Source: an uncultured Actinomycetes bacterium (GTDB lineage: Bacteria > Actinomycetota > Thermoleophilia > UBA2241). Taken from it: DNA of 64,000 bases. Below are positions 27,601 through 41,385 of this stretch, piece after piece; the first letter of the stretch is position 1, and each line of letters starts with the position of its first letter. The translations under genes and the position numbers were made by a program. Below the pieces are notes generated by a model. It did no database searches. It was not told the DNA's origin and saw only the letters and a list, made by a program, of their open reading frames with translations. The stretch covers positions 448,001 through 512,000 of the forward strand of contig CAVPVX010000007.1 of assembly GCA_963709345.1 (NCBI GenBank), given 5' to 3'.

Positions 27601-30259
27601 ATGACGACCGCCCCCGACACTCTCCCGCCCGCCCTGCACGGCCTGAGCACCGCTGAGGCCGACCGCCGGCGTGCAGCCGGCCAGGGCAACGACGTCGAGA
27701 TCAAGGCCGGGCGCACCTACGGGCGCATCGTCCGCGACAACGTCTTCAACTTCATCAACAACCTCTTCTACTTCCTCGGCATCCTCCTGCTCATCCTGGG
27801 CAAGCCGCTCGACGCGTTCGCGGTGGTCTTCGTCATCGCCGCGAACACGATCATCAGCCTCGTACAGGAGATCCGCGCCAAGCGCGTGATGGACCGGATC
27901 GGCGATCCTGCCGCGGCCCAAGGCCGACGTGGTACGCGACGGCGAGGTGCGCGAGCTCGACCCGTCGCAGGTGGTGCTCGGCGACATCCTGTACGTGCAG
28001 CCGGGCGACCAGGTCGTGGTCGACGGGCCGATGGTCGGCGAGCGGCCGCATGGAGATGGACGAGTCGCTGCTCACCGGCGAGTCCGACCTCGTGACCAAG
28101 CACCCCGGCGACGAACTCATGTCGGGCAGCTTCTGCGTGACGGGCGGCGGCTACTACGAGGCCGCCAAGGTGGGTCTCGACAGCTTCGCCAACAAGCTCA
28201 CCGCCAAGGCCAAGGTCTTCAAGCGCGAGCTGACGCCGCTGCAGCGCCAGGTCGTGCAGATCGTCCGCGTTCTGCTGATCGTCGTGGTCGTCTTCGAGAC
28301 CCTCGTCTGGATCCGCAACATCGTCGGCGGCGTGCCCTTCGTCGAGAGCGTGCGCATGTCCACGGTGATCCTCGCGCTCATCCCCAACGGACTCGTGCTC
28401 TCGATCGCCCTGACCTACGCGCTCGGCGCCGTGCGCCTGCTGGGCAAGGACATGCTGGTGCAGCAGTTCAACGCCGTCGAGTCCTCAGCAACGTCGACGT
28501 GCTGTGCACCGACAAGACGGGCACGCTCACCTCGGGCGTGATCGCGTTCGAGGAGCTGGACGCGCTCGGGCGCCGACGAGGCGCGCGCAGCGCGCCTGCT
28601 CGGCGCCTTCGCCGCCGGCACGACCGACGCCAACCGCACCATCGAGGCGCTGCGCGCGGCGTTCCCGGCGGCCGCGGCGAGCCGGCGGCGCACGAAGCCT
28701 TCTTCTCGTCGGCAGCGCAAGTGGAGCGGCCTCGCCTTCGACGACGGCGAGCTCGCGCGGCACGTACGTGCTCGGCGCGCCCGAGATGCTGGCGCCGGCG
28801 CTTGCGCGCCGGCGCCGACTGGCGGCGGGCGCGCCGACGAGTGGGCCACGCGCGGCCTGCGCGTGGTGCTGTTCGCCGGGCTGGCCGAGCCGGTCTCCTT
28901 CGGCGACCCCGACGGCCGCGCCCGAGCTGCCGCCCGGCCTGGAGGCGCTGGCGCTCATCTGCTTCAGCGACGAGCTGCGCCCGGGCGTGCGCGCAGACGC
29001 TGGAGGAGTTCTCCGACGCCGGCATCGACGTCAAGATCATCTCGGGCGACAACCCGCGCACGGTCACCGCCCTGGCGACCCAGGCCGGCCTGCAGACGCT
29101 CCGCCGGCCCGAGGGCGTCGACTCCTACTGCGCGATGATCCTGGGCCACGAGCGGCGTGACGCGCTCCGCCGCTGACGAACGCGAGATCGTCGCCACCTC
29201 CGGCGCGGAGCTGGCCGAGCTCTCGGCCGAGCAGTTCGCCGCGACGGCCGACGAGGCCAGCGTGTTCGGCCGGGTGACCCCCGAGCAGAAGCAGGACCTG
29301 GTCGACGCCCTGCGCGACCACGGCCGCTACGTGGCGATGATCGGCGACGGCGTCAACGACGTCATCGCCCTCAAGCAGGCCAACGTCGCCGTCGCCATGC
29401 AGGGCGGCAGCCAGGCGGCGCGCGGCGTCGGCGACCTCATCCTGCATGAAGGACACCTTCCAGCCGCTCCCCTTCGCGTTCCGCGAGGGCCAGCGCATCA
29501 TCAACGGGATGAACGACATCCTGCGCATCTTCATGGTGCGCATCTTCTTCAAGGCGATCATGATCGCCGTCGTGACCACGCTCGGCGGCTTCCCCTTCGC
29601 GCCCGCGGCAGTCGGCTCTTCTCTCGTTCGTCGGCGCCACCGTCCCGGCCATCGCCTTCGCGCTGTGGGCGCAACCCGGGCCGACGCCCAAGGTGGGCCT
29701 CTTCAAGCTGCTGGCGCGATTCGTGCTACCCACGACGCTCCTGATGTCGGGCATGGCGACCGCCATCTATCTCGCCTGGGCGATCCCGGCCAAGAACAGC
29801 TACCTGGCCACGCATCCCGGCGCCGGCTCCAAGGAGCTCATCGAGTTCGCCTACCCGCCGGCGATGACGGCGCTCACGCTCTTCGCCTGCTTCGCCGCCA
29901 TCCTCCTGATCCTGCTCATCGTGCCGCCGAGCCCGTGGTGGGCCGGCGGCGCCCCGGTCGTGCGCAACGACTGGCGCATGGTGGGCGTCGTGGTGTTCCT
30001 GCTCGCCTGGATGGCCGCCGTCCTGGCCGTACCCCTGGGCCGCCTGCTCTTCGAGATCACGGCGTTGCCGGTGTGGCAGTACTTCGTGCTGTTCGGCCTG
30101 GCGGTGGTGTGGACACTGCTCTGCCGCCTCGTGTGGCGCAGCCGGGTCCTTGACCGCTGGCTCGGCACGGCGGAAGACCCGGGCAATCTGTGCGCGAAGG
30201 CCGCCGCCAAGGCGGCGACGGAGGCCGAGGCCGGCGCGGGAGCGATCAAGACCGCCTGA
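27601..30259 (+). CDS. P-type cation-transporting ATPase (CtpE-like); multiple frameshifts
   Basis: DESLLTGES, IPNGL, DVLCTDKTGTLT, ISGDNPRTV, FGRVTPEQK, MIGDGVND. Confidence 0.85.
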
Positions 30260-30284
30260 CGGAGGGCGACGCGGCCGGACGCCG

Positions 30285-30962
30285 CTAGGCGATCCCGGCC
30301 GACGGGCACATTCCCGCCAGCGGGCACTCGCCGCACTTCGGTCGCCGGGCGTGGCAGATGCGGCGGCCGTGCCGCACGAAGTCCACGTGCACGGCGTAGA
30401 CCTGGGCCGCGTCGTCCGGCCCCGCCAGCTCGGTGAGCAGCGGGTGCGCCTGCTCGGCGCTCACCTTCTCAGCGATGATCCCGAGCCGCCGCGCGACACG
30501 GTGCACGTGCGTGTCGACCGGCATGACCGGACGCTCCAGAGCGAAGAGCAGCACGCAGGCGGCCGTCTTGGGGCCCACGCCGGGCAGCGCCACAAGGTAC
30601 GCCTGCGCCTCGCCGTCGGTCATCCCGTCGAGCACGCTCAGGTCAGGCGCGCCGGTACGTTCGCTGATCGCCTCGAGGATGCGCTTGATGCGCGGCGCCT
30701 TGGTGTGCGCGAGGCCGCCGAGGGCGATGGCCTCCTCGATCACCTCGACCGCAGCGTCGCGAGCAGCGGTCCACTCGGGAAACCGCTCCTTGAGCGACGC
30801 AAACGTGCGCTCGGTGTTGACGTCGGCGGTGTTCTGCGAGAGGACGGTGAAGACGAGCTCGTCGACCGGCGGGTAGCGCGGCGAGAGCACAGGGCGGCCG
30901 TAGAAGTCGTCCAGCAGGTCGGCCGCCTCACGCAGCCGCGATCCGGGTGACGATGCGTTCAC
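30285..30962 (-). CDS. nth: Endonuclease III / HhH-GPD DNA glycosylase
   Basis: VLSQNT, LPGVGPKTAACV, PVDTHVHRV, C-x6-C-x2-C-x5-C; TGGTATACT extended -10 lies 8 nt before the GTG. Confidence 0.88.
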   Translation of the reverse strand: MNASSPGSRLREAADLLDDFYGRPVLSPRYPPVDELVFTVLSQNTADVNTERTFASLKERFPEWTAARDAAVEVIEEAIALGGLAHTKAPRIKRILEAISERTGAPDLSVLDGMTDGEAQAYLVALPGVGPKTAACVLLFALERPVMPVDTHVHRVARRLGIIAEKVSAEQAHPLLTELAGPDDAAQVYAVHVDFVRHGRRICHARRPKCGECPLAGMCPSAGIA

Positions 30963-31157
30963 GGCGAGAGAGTATACCAATGCTCGGCCGGGCCCCGACC
31001 CGTCGCCGAAGCAGGGCCGCCCCGTCTGATGGCGATGATCATGCGTCACTCCGGGGTCGGCTCTCCACCTCTCCACCCGCGAGCGCGTGAGCCCAGCCGC
31101 ACGCGTCGCCGATGGCGCGCGTGGTAGCCTCGCCGGATGATGGGCGACGAGGAGCGA

Positions 31158-34833
<3,676 letters not shown>

Positions 34834-34842
34834 CGCCCCGGC

Positions 34843-35136
34843 TCACGCCGCGTTGGCGCGGCGCCGCATCTCTCTCTTCTTGCGGCGCCTCAGCAGAGCG
34901 CTCACCAGGAAGCCGATGACGAAGCCGATGAGCAGCGTGATCACCAGCATCAGCCACGCCGGCCAGGTGAAGTCCCAGAAAAGGAATGAGAACTGCAGGT
35001 CCCGCGTGTTCTGCAGGATGAAGATCAGGATGATGATCGCGACCACGGCGGCGGCGATGAGCTTGCCGTACCCCTGTGAGGCCGGCCCCCTGTCGCGCTG
35101 CACCTGGATCTGCGGTGGATCCTGCGTCGAGCTCAT
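34843..35136 (-). CDS. Small LapA/DUF1049 family membrane protein
   Basis: IFILQNT...FLFW with two TM helices and a basic tail; GAGGGG RBS. Confidence 0.8.
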   Translation of the reverse strand: MSSTQDPPQIQVQRDRGPASQGYGKLIAAAVVAIIILIFILQNTRDLQFSFLFWDFTWPAWLMLVITLLIGFVIGFLVSALLRRRKKREMRRRANAA

Positions 35137-35375
35137 GCGTACCCCCTCGTGTCCGTCGGGGACTTGGTTCGCCACGTCTGCGCTGTACCCTTGGCGCCGC
35201 GGATCCATGCCGTCGTGCCGCCGGCACACCGAGATACCCGTGGTGGGCTCCCGGGCGCCGGGATCCGTCGGCAGCGGCGCCCGCGCCCGGCGTGCGCGCG
35301 AGGGGCGGTAAGCCTCCCGGCTCCCCGCCCCTCGCCGCTGGCGCGGCGCCGGGCCTCGGAGGCCCGTCGCAGACG

Positions 35376-36660
35376 TCACTGCTTGGCGTAGGCCTCCAGA
35401 GCGTCGGCCACGGTCGCGAACACGGTGTCGATCTGGGCGTCGTCGATGACGAGCGGTGGCTGCACACGCAGCACGCTGCCGAAGTTGCCGCCGACACCGA
35501 TGAGCACGTTGTGGTCGAGGCAGTACTGGCGCACGAAGCCGGCGGCGGTGGTGCCGTAGGCCTTCGTCTTGGGATCGGCGATGAGCTCGACGCCGATCAT
35601 GAGGCCCTTGCCGCGCACGTCGCCGATCAGCGGCTGCGTCGTGGCCAGCTCCTCGAAGCGGCGCTTGAGCGCGGCGCCCTTGACTGCCGACGCCTCGATG
35701 ACGCCGTCCATCAGGAACTCGATGTTGGCGAGCGACGCGGCGCAGCTCACGGGGTTGCCGCCGAAGGTGCTCAGGTGGTCGCCGATCTGGAAGGCGTCGG
35801 CGATGTCCGGCTTGGCGATGAAGGCGCTGAGCGGCCAGCCGTCGGCGATACCCTTGGCCATCGTCATGATGTCGGGCACGACGCCGTAGTGCTCGATGGC
35901 GAACATCTTGCCGGTGCGTCCGAAGCCGCTCTGGACCTCGTCGGCGATGAAGAGGATGCCGTCCTCGTCGAGGAACTCCTTGACGCGCTTGAAGTAGTCG
36001 TCCGGCGGCACGATGATGCCGCCCTCGCCCATCACCGGCTCGGCGATGAAGGCGCAGACGGAGCCGGAGAGGTGCAGGCGGGCGATCTCGGCGACGCGGC
36101 GCGCACAGAGCAGGTCGCAGGTGTCCGGGGTCTTCTCGAAGGAGCAGCGGTAGCAGTAGGGCGTGGGCACGAAGGCGACGCCCGGCATGTAGGGGCCGCC
36201 GCCCTTTTTGCGGCCCGAGTTGCCGGTCACCGAGAGGGTCGCGTACGCAGCGGCCGTGGAAGCTCGACTCGATGGCGAGGAACTCGTTCTTGCCGGTCGC
36301 GCGCTTGGCGAGGCGGAAGGCGCCCTCGATGGCCTCGGCGCCGCCGTTGCCGAAGAAGCTCTTCTGCAGCGTGCCGGGGGTGATCTCTGCGAGCTTCTCG
36401 GCGAGCGCGCCGACCGACTCGACGTGGTAGACGTAGCTGCAGGCGTGGACGAGCTTCTCGGCCTGCGCCTTGGCGGCGTCCAGCACCTTCGTGTTGTGGT
36501 GCCCGGCGTTGGTGACGCTGATGCCGGCGAAGCAGTCGATGTACTCGGTGCCGTCGGCGTCGTAGAGGAGGGCGCCGTCGCCGCGGTCGGCGACCACCGG
36601 CTCCACGCGCTTGACGAACCCGGTCATGACGTAGTCGCGGTACTGTTCCTTCACGCCCAT
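35376..36660 (-). CDS. Class III PLP-dependent aminotransferase (GABA/beta-alanine/ornithine AT-like); frameshift near 36245
   Basis: YIDCFAG, GAEAIE, SFHGR, EPVMGEGG, DEVQSGFGRTG, MAKG, STFGGNP. Confidence 0.9.
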
Positions 36661-36689
36661 GCTATCGACTCCCCTTCGGCGAACGCTTG

Positions 36690-36724
36690 GTTAATCACTT
36701 GATTGACTCGTGGCCACTAGGTTA
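36690..36724 (-). promoter_or_regulatory. Extended -10 promoter and palindromic repressor operator of the aminotransferase
   Basis: TGnTAACCT (-10 hexamer at 36724-36719, minus strand) and GTTAATCA-CT-TGATTGAC (36690-36707, 7/8 symmetric), an AT-rich island in GC-rich DNA. Confidence 0.6.
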
Positions 36725-36954
36725 TCAGATGCGGGCCCGCGCGCGTGACGCATGCGCGCGACGCCGAGGCCAACGCACACCGCGACGGGCACGACGCGCG
36801 GGCCGACGGGGGCTTCGCCGTTCACCTGCGCGGACACACGAGGCACGGCTGCGCCGCGCCTCGCGGAGACGACAAACTGTGTCAAGCCCCCCCCCGACGG
36901 ATATAGTGCTGCAAGGAAGTCTGTAGTCGCAGCCTAGCGATCGGGGACAGGGCG

Positions 36955-39930
36955 TTGACGACCAGAAAGCGCAAGGGGACTTCGCGCAAAGACACTTCGC
37001 ATGAAGCTCCGTCGGCATCGGCGTTCCCCGTCGTCGGGATCGGCGCGTCCGCCGGCGGCCTCGCCGCCATCGAGGAGCTCCTCGCCGCCCTGCCGGCCGA
37101 CGAACCGCTCGGCATTGCCCTCGTGCTCGTGCAGCACCTGGACCCCGACCACAAGAGCCTGCTGCTCGATCTCGTGCAGAAGTACACGCACGTCGAGGTC
37201 GCATGGGCCGAGGACGGCATGGAGGTGCGCCCCGGCTGCGCCTACGTCATTCCGCCCAACAAGGACATGGCGCTCGAGGGCGGTCGGCTGCGCCTCGTGG
37301 AGCCCGAGGCGCCCCGCGGCATGCGCCTGCCCATCGACCACTTCTTCCGCTCGCTGGCCGCCGACCAGCACGAACGTGCGGTGTGCATCGTGCTCTCGGG
37401 CACCGGCAGTGACGGCACCCTGGGCGTGCGCGCCGTGAAGGGCGAGGGCGGCATGGCGATCGCCCAGACCCCCGAGTCGGCCGCCTACGACGGCATGCCG
37501 CGCAGCGCCATCGCCACCGGCCTCGTCGACTACGTGCTGCCTCCCGCCGAGATGCCCGAGCAACTCCTCGGCTACGTGGGCCGCGCCTTCGAGCAAGCGC
37601 CGCAGGCGGCTCGCGCCACGGCGCCCGACACCGCCGATCTTCTGCCCGAGGTGCTGCGCCTGCTGCGCGACCGCAGCGGCCACGACTTCACCCAGTACAA
37701 GGCCACCACCTTGCGCCGCCGCGTGGAGCGTCGCATGGCCGTGACGAGGATCGAGCGCATGGAGGACTATCTCGCCCTCCTGAAGCACGATTCACTCGAG
37801 GGCGAGACGCTGTTTCGCGAGCTCCTCATCGGCGTCACCAGCTTCTTTCGCGACGCGCCGGCCTTCGAGACGCTGGCCGCCGAGGTGCTCCCCGCGCTGA
37901 CCGCCGCAAGCTCCCCCGACGACCCCGTGCGCGTCTGGGTGCCCGGCTGCTCCACGGGCGAGGAGGCCTACTCGATCGCCATCCTCCTCCAGGAGCAGGC
38001 GGCGAGCTCACCGCGCAGCGTTCCCGCCCAGGTGTTCGCCACCGACATCGACACCGAGGCCATCGAACGGGCGCGCGCCGGCGTGTACCCGGCCAGCATC
38101 AGCGCCGACGTGTCGCCCGATCGGCTCGCACGCTTCTTCGTGCAGGACGGCGATACGTACCGTGTCGTCAAGACGGTGCGCGACTGCCTGGTGTTCGCCA
38201 AGTCAGGACGTCGACCAAGGATCCGCCCTTCTCCAGGGTCGATCTCATCAGCTGCCGCAACCTGCTCATCTACATGGACGGCGAGCTTGCAGCAACGGCT
38301 CATGCCGCTGTTCCACTACGCGCTCGACCCGGACGGCTACCTGTTCCTCGGCAGCTCGGAGACGATCGGCGACGCCGGCGACCTGTTCGCCCCGGTCGAC
38401 AAGAAGTGGAAGCTGTACAAGCGCCGCGCCGCCGTCACGCCACGGCGGCAACTGCTGACCTCCACGATGCCGCCGCCGGCGCCCACGCCGACGGCCGCCC
38501 GGCGCTCCCCAGGCCGCCGCTGCCGCCTGCGCGTCCGCGACCTGGCCGAGAAGACCCTGCTCGCCAAGCACACGCCCGCCTGCGCGGTGGTCAATGCCGA
38601 AGGCGATGTGCTCTACATCCACGGACACACCGGCCGCTACCTCGAGCCGCCACCGGGCGAGCCGAGCGGCAGCGTCCTCAAGATGGCTCGCGAGGGTCTG
38701 AAGCTCGAGCTCTCTTCCGGCGTGCGCAGGGTCCTTGCGAACAAGGAGGCGGTCCGGTACGAGCGCCTGCGCGTCACCAGCGACGGCGGCGTGTCCCTCG
38801 TCAATCTGATGATCGAACCCATGCCCGGACCGGACGCCGTCAAGGGCGTGCTGCTGATCCTGTTTGAAGACGTGCCAGAGGCCGACGAGACGGCTCGCGC
38901 ATCCGATCCGGAGCCCATCGCCGACCGCGAGCAGCGCATCGCCGACCTCGACCGCGAGCTCTCGGCCAAGGAGGAGTACCTGCGCACGACCGTCGAGGAG
39001 CTGGAGACCTCGAACGAGGAGCTCAAGTCGACCAACGAGGAGATGCAGTCCTCCAACGAGGAACTGCAGTCCACCAACGAGGAGCTGGAGACCTCCCGCG
39101 AGGAACTGCAGTCGATCAACGAAGAACTCGTGACCGTCAACAGCGAGTTGCAGCAGAAGATCGAGGAGCTCTCGCGCGCCAACGACGACATGAGCAACAT
39201 GTTCGCCGGCACCGGTATCGGCACGTTGTTCGTCGACCGGAAGCTCCGCATCCAGCGCTTCACCCCCGCCGTCACCGAGATCATGAACCTGATCGCCACG
39301 GACGTGGGCCGTCCTCTCGGCGACATCGCCGCACGCCTTTCCGGAGACACGGACGTGGTCGCCGCCGCGACCAGCGTGCTCGACACCCTGGACACCATCG
39401 AGATGCAGGTCGAGGCCAGTGACGGGCGCTTCTTCCAGATGCGCGTGCGTCCGTATCGCACCCTCGAGAACGTGATCGAGGGCGCGGTGCTCACGTTCGT
39501 CGACGTCACCGAGCAGCGCCTGCTCCAGATGCGGCTCGACGAGGCGGCCCGAGCCGCCGCCCAGGCCGGCGAGCTCGCCCAAAGCGTGCTCGACGCCGGG
39601 CAGGAGCCGCAACTCGTGCTCGACGCGGACCTCACCGTCGTCACCGCCAACAAGGCGTATCTGACGACCTTCGGAGAGGAGCCGGAGGCGGTGCTCGGCC
39701 GTTCGCTGAGCGAGCTCGGCGGCGGGGCGTGGGACCGGACCGGTCTTCTCGATCAGCTCCTGACGATCCTGCCCGAGAAGAGACGGCTCGACGGCTACAA
39801 GATCACCCTGGTCGAAGGCGCGATGGAGCCGTGCGCCGTGACGCTCAACGCACTCGAGCTTCTGCCCACGCCCGGCAAGCAGCGCCTCGTGCTGCTCGTG
39901 GTCACCGGCATCGACAGGATCGCCCCATGA
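36955..39930 (+). CDS. CheB methylesterase-CheR methyltransferase-coiled coil-PAS fusion; compensating indels ~38200-38285
   Basis: GIGASAGG, VQHL, SGTGSDG (CheB triad); IGVTSFFRD, GCSTGEEAYS, FATDID (CheR); DLISCRNLLIY in a shifted frame; EELQSTNEEL heptads; PAS. Confidence 0.92.
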   Translation: MTTRKRKGTSRKDTSHEAPSASAFPVVGIGASAGGLAAIEELLAALPADEPLGIALVLVQHLDPDHKSLLLDLVQKYTHVEVAWAEDGMEVRPGCAYVIPPNKDMALEGGRLRLVEPEAPRGMRLPIDHFFRSLAADQHERAVCIVLSGTGSDGTLGVRAVKGEGGMAIAQTPESAAYDGMPRSAIATGLVDYVLPPAEMPEQLLGYVGRAFEQAPQAARATAPDTADLLPEVLRLLRDRSGHDFTQYKATTLRRRVERRMAVTRIERMEDYLALLKHDSLEGETLFRELLIGVTSFFRDAPAFETLAAEVLPALTAASSPDDPVRVWVPGCSTGEEAYSIAILLQEQAASSPRSVPAQVFATDIDTEAIERARAGVYPASISADVSPDRLARFFVQDGDTYRVVKTVRDCLVFAKSGRRPRIRPSPGSISSAAATCSSTWTASLQQRLMPLFHYALDPDGYLFLGSSETIGDAGDLFAPVDKKWKLYKRRAAVTPRRQLLTSTMPPPAPTPTAARRSPGRRCRLRVRDLAEKTLLAKHTPACAVVNAEGDVLYIHGHTGRYLEPPPGEPSGSVLKMAREGLKLELSSGVRRVLANKEAVRYERLRVTSDGGVSLVNLMIEPMPGPDAVKGVLLILFEDVPEADETARASDPEPIADREQRIADLDRELSAKEEYLRTTVEELETSNEELKSTNEEMQSSNEELQSTNEELETSREELQSINEELVTVNSELQQKIEELSRANDDMSNMFAGTGIGTLFVDRKLRIQRFTPAVTEIMNLIATDVGRPLGDIAARLSGDTDVVAAATSVLDTLDTIEMQVEASDGRFFQMRVRPYRTLENVIEGAVLTFVDVTEQRLLQMRLDEAARAAAQAGELAQSVLDAGQEPQLVLDADLTVVTANKAYLTTFGEEPEAVLGRSLSELGGGAWDRTGLLDQLLTILPEKRRLDGYKITLVEGAMEPCAVTLNALELLPTPGKQRLVLLVVTGIDRIAP
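38995..39141 (+). repeat. Seven imperfect 21-bp tandem repeats encoding EEL-xx-S/T-N heptads
   Basis: GAGGAGCTGGAGACCTCGAAC-like units, in frame within the CheB-CheR gene. Confidence 0.8.
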
Positions 39931-41288
39931 CCGACTCGAGACGACCGCGCACCAAGAATGACGTGCAGGACGCTGCCGACGAACTGCGCCGGCAGGCCGA
40001 GAAGCGCCTCGACGAACTCTCGACCGCCGTCGAGGCCGCGGACGTCCCCGAAGGCGTCGCCGAGGTCGTTCATGAGTTGCGCGTGCATCAGATCGAGCTC
40101 GAGATGCAGAACGAGGAGCTACGCCGCGCGCAGCTCGAGCTCGACGACCAGCGCCAGAAGTATTTCGAGCTCTTCGACCTCGCGCCGGTCGGCTACCTCA
40201 CCCTGAGCACTGAGGGCATCGTCGGCGACGCGAACTTCACCGCGGCACGGCTTCTGGGCGTGGAGCGAAGCCGGCTCGTCGGGCAGCCTTTCAGCCGCTT
40301 CATCGTCGCGCCGGACCAGGACGTCTACTACCGCCACATCAAGCGGTTCGACCAGACCGAGCAGCCGCAGACGTGCGAGCTGCGGCTGCGGCGCGCCGAA
40401 GACACGGCGAAAGGCGACGCGACTCCCCGCTCCTTCTGGGCGCACCTTGATGGTCATCCACGGCGCATCGCCGACGACGACGCGCTGTGGTGCTGGCTGA
40501 CCTTCTCCGACATCGACGAGCGCGTCGCGGCGGAGGAGGAGATCCGCCGCCTCAATGAGGTCCTCGAACTACGCGTCCTCGAACGCACCCGTGATCTCGA
40601 AGCGAGCAACCGGGAACTCGAGGCGTTCGTCTACTCGGCCGCGCACGACCTGCGGTCTCCGCTGCGCGCGATCGACGGGTTCAGCCAGATCGTCGTCGAG
40701 GACGCCTCCGAGCGCCTCAACGAGCCGGACAAGGAGAATCTCCAACGGGTACGCGTCGCCGCGGAGCGCATGGGCAAACTCATCGACCATCTGATCGAGC
40801 TGTCGCGGACCGCCCTTGGCGACATGCTGACCGGCGAAGTCGATCTCAGTGCGATGGCCACAGAGGTGCTCGCCGACCTTCAGAGCGCCGCGCCCGAGCG
40901 CTGCGTCGAGACCGTCGTCGAGCCAAGCCTGACGGTCACAGCCGACCCCGCGCTGTTGCAGGTCGTTCTCATGAACCTCCTCGGGAACGCGTGGAAGTTC
41001 ACGTCCAGGCACGGGACGGCGCGCATCGAGGTCGGCGCCGCCGACCTCGACGGAGAGCGCGTCTTCTACGTGCGCGACGACGGAGCCGGCTTCGAGGCCG
41101 GTAAGGCCGAGCACCTCTTCGACGCCTTCCAGCGTCTCCACACCGCCGATGAGTTCCCCGGTGACGGCATCGGCCTGGCCACCGTGAGGCGGCTCATCAC
41201 GAGGCACGGCGGCCGTGTCTGGGCCGAGGCTGAGGTCGAGAAGGGCGCCACCTTCTTCTTCACTTTGCCGGTCTCGGCCGGCGCCTGA
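39927..41288 (+). CDS. PAS sensor histidine kinase
   Basis: HELRVHQIELEMQNEEL N-terminal coil, PAS, HDLRSPL H-box, GNAWKF, DDGAGF, GIGLA; ATGA overlap with the cheB-cheR gene. Confidence 0.92.
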   Translation: MTDSRRPRTKNDVQDAADELRRQAEKRLDELSTAVEAADVPEGVAEVVHELRVHQIELEMQNEELRRAQLELDDQRQKYFELFDLAPVGYLTLSTEGIVGDANFTAARLLGVERSRLVGQPFSRFIVAPDQDVYYRHIKRFDQTEQPQTCELRLRRAEDTAKGDATPRSFWAHLDGHPRRIADDDALWCWLTFSDIDERVAAEEEIRRLNEVLELRVLERTRDLEASNRELEAFVYSAAHDLRSPLRAIDGFSQIVVEDASERLNEPDKENLQRVRVAAERMGKLIDHLIELSRTALGDMLTGEVDLSAMATEVLADLQSAAPERCVETVVEPSLTVTADPALLQVVLMNLLGNAWKFTSRHGTARIEVGAADLDGERVFYVRDDGAGFEAGKAEHLFDAFQRLHTADEFPGDGIGLATVRRLITRHGGRVWAEAEVEKGATFFFTLPVSAGA

Positions 41289-41385
41289 CTCTCGCCCAGC
41301 GGCACGCGACCGCCGCCGCGCCATCGGAGTATCATTGCGGCCGCAGGCGCCCGCCGAAGGGGCGGCGCCGCACCGAGGGAGTCGC

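Noticed and set aside
34843-36660. 605-aa ORF fusing an aminotransferase N-terminus to a LapA-like protein
   Set aside because: Artefact of the frameshift near 36245. The aminotransferase ends at 35376 and the small gene has its own RBS.
38995-39141. 21-bp periodic repeats as a possible CRISPR array
   Set aside because: No spacers, degenerate at codon third positions and in frame; they encode the CheR coiled coil. No cas genes in the window.
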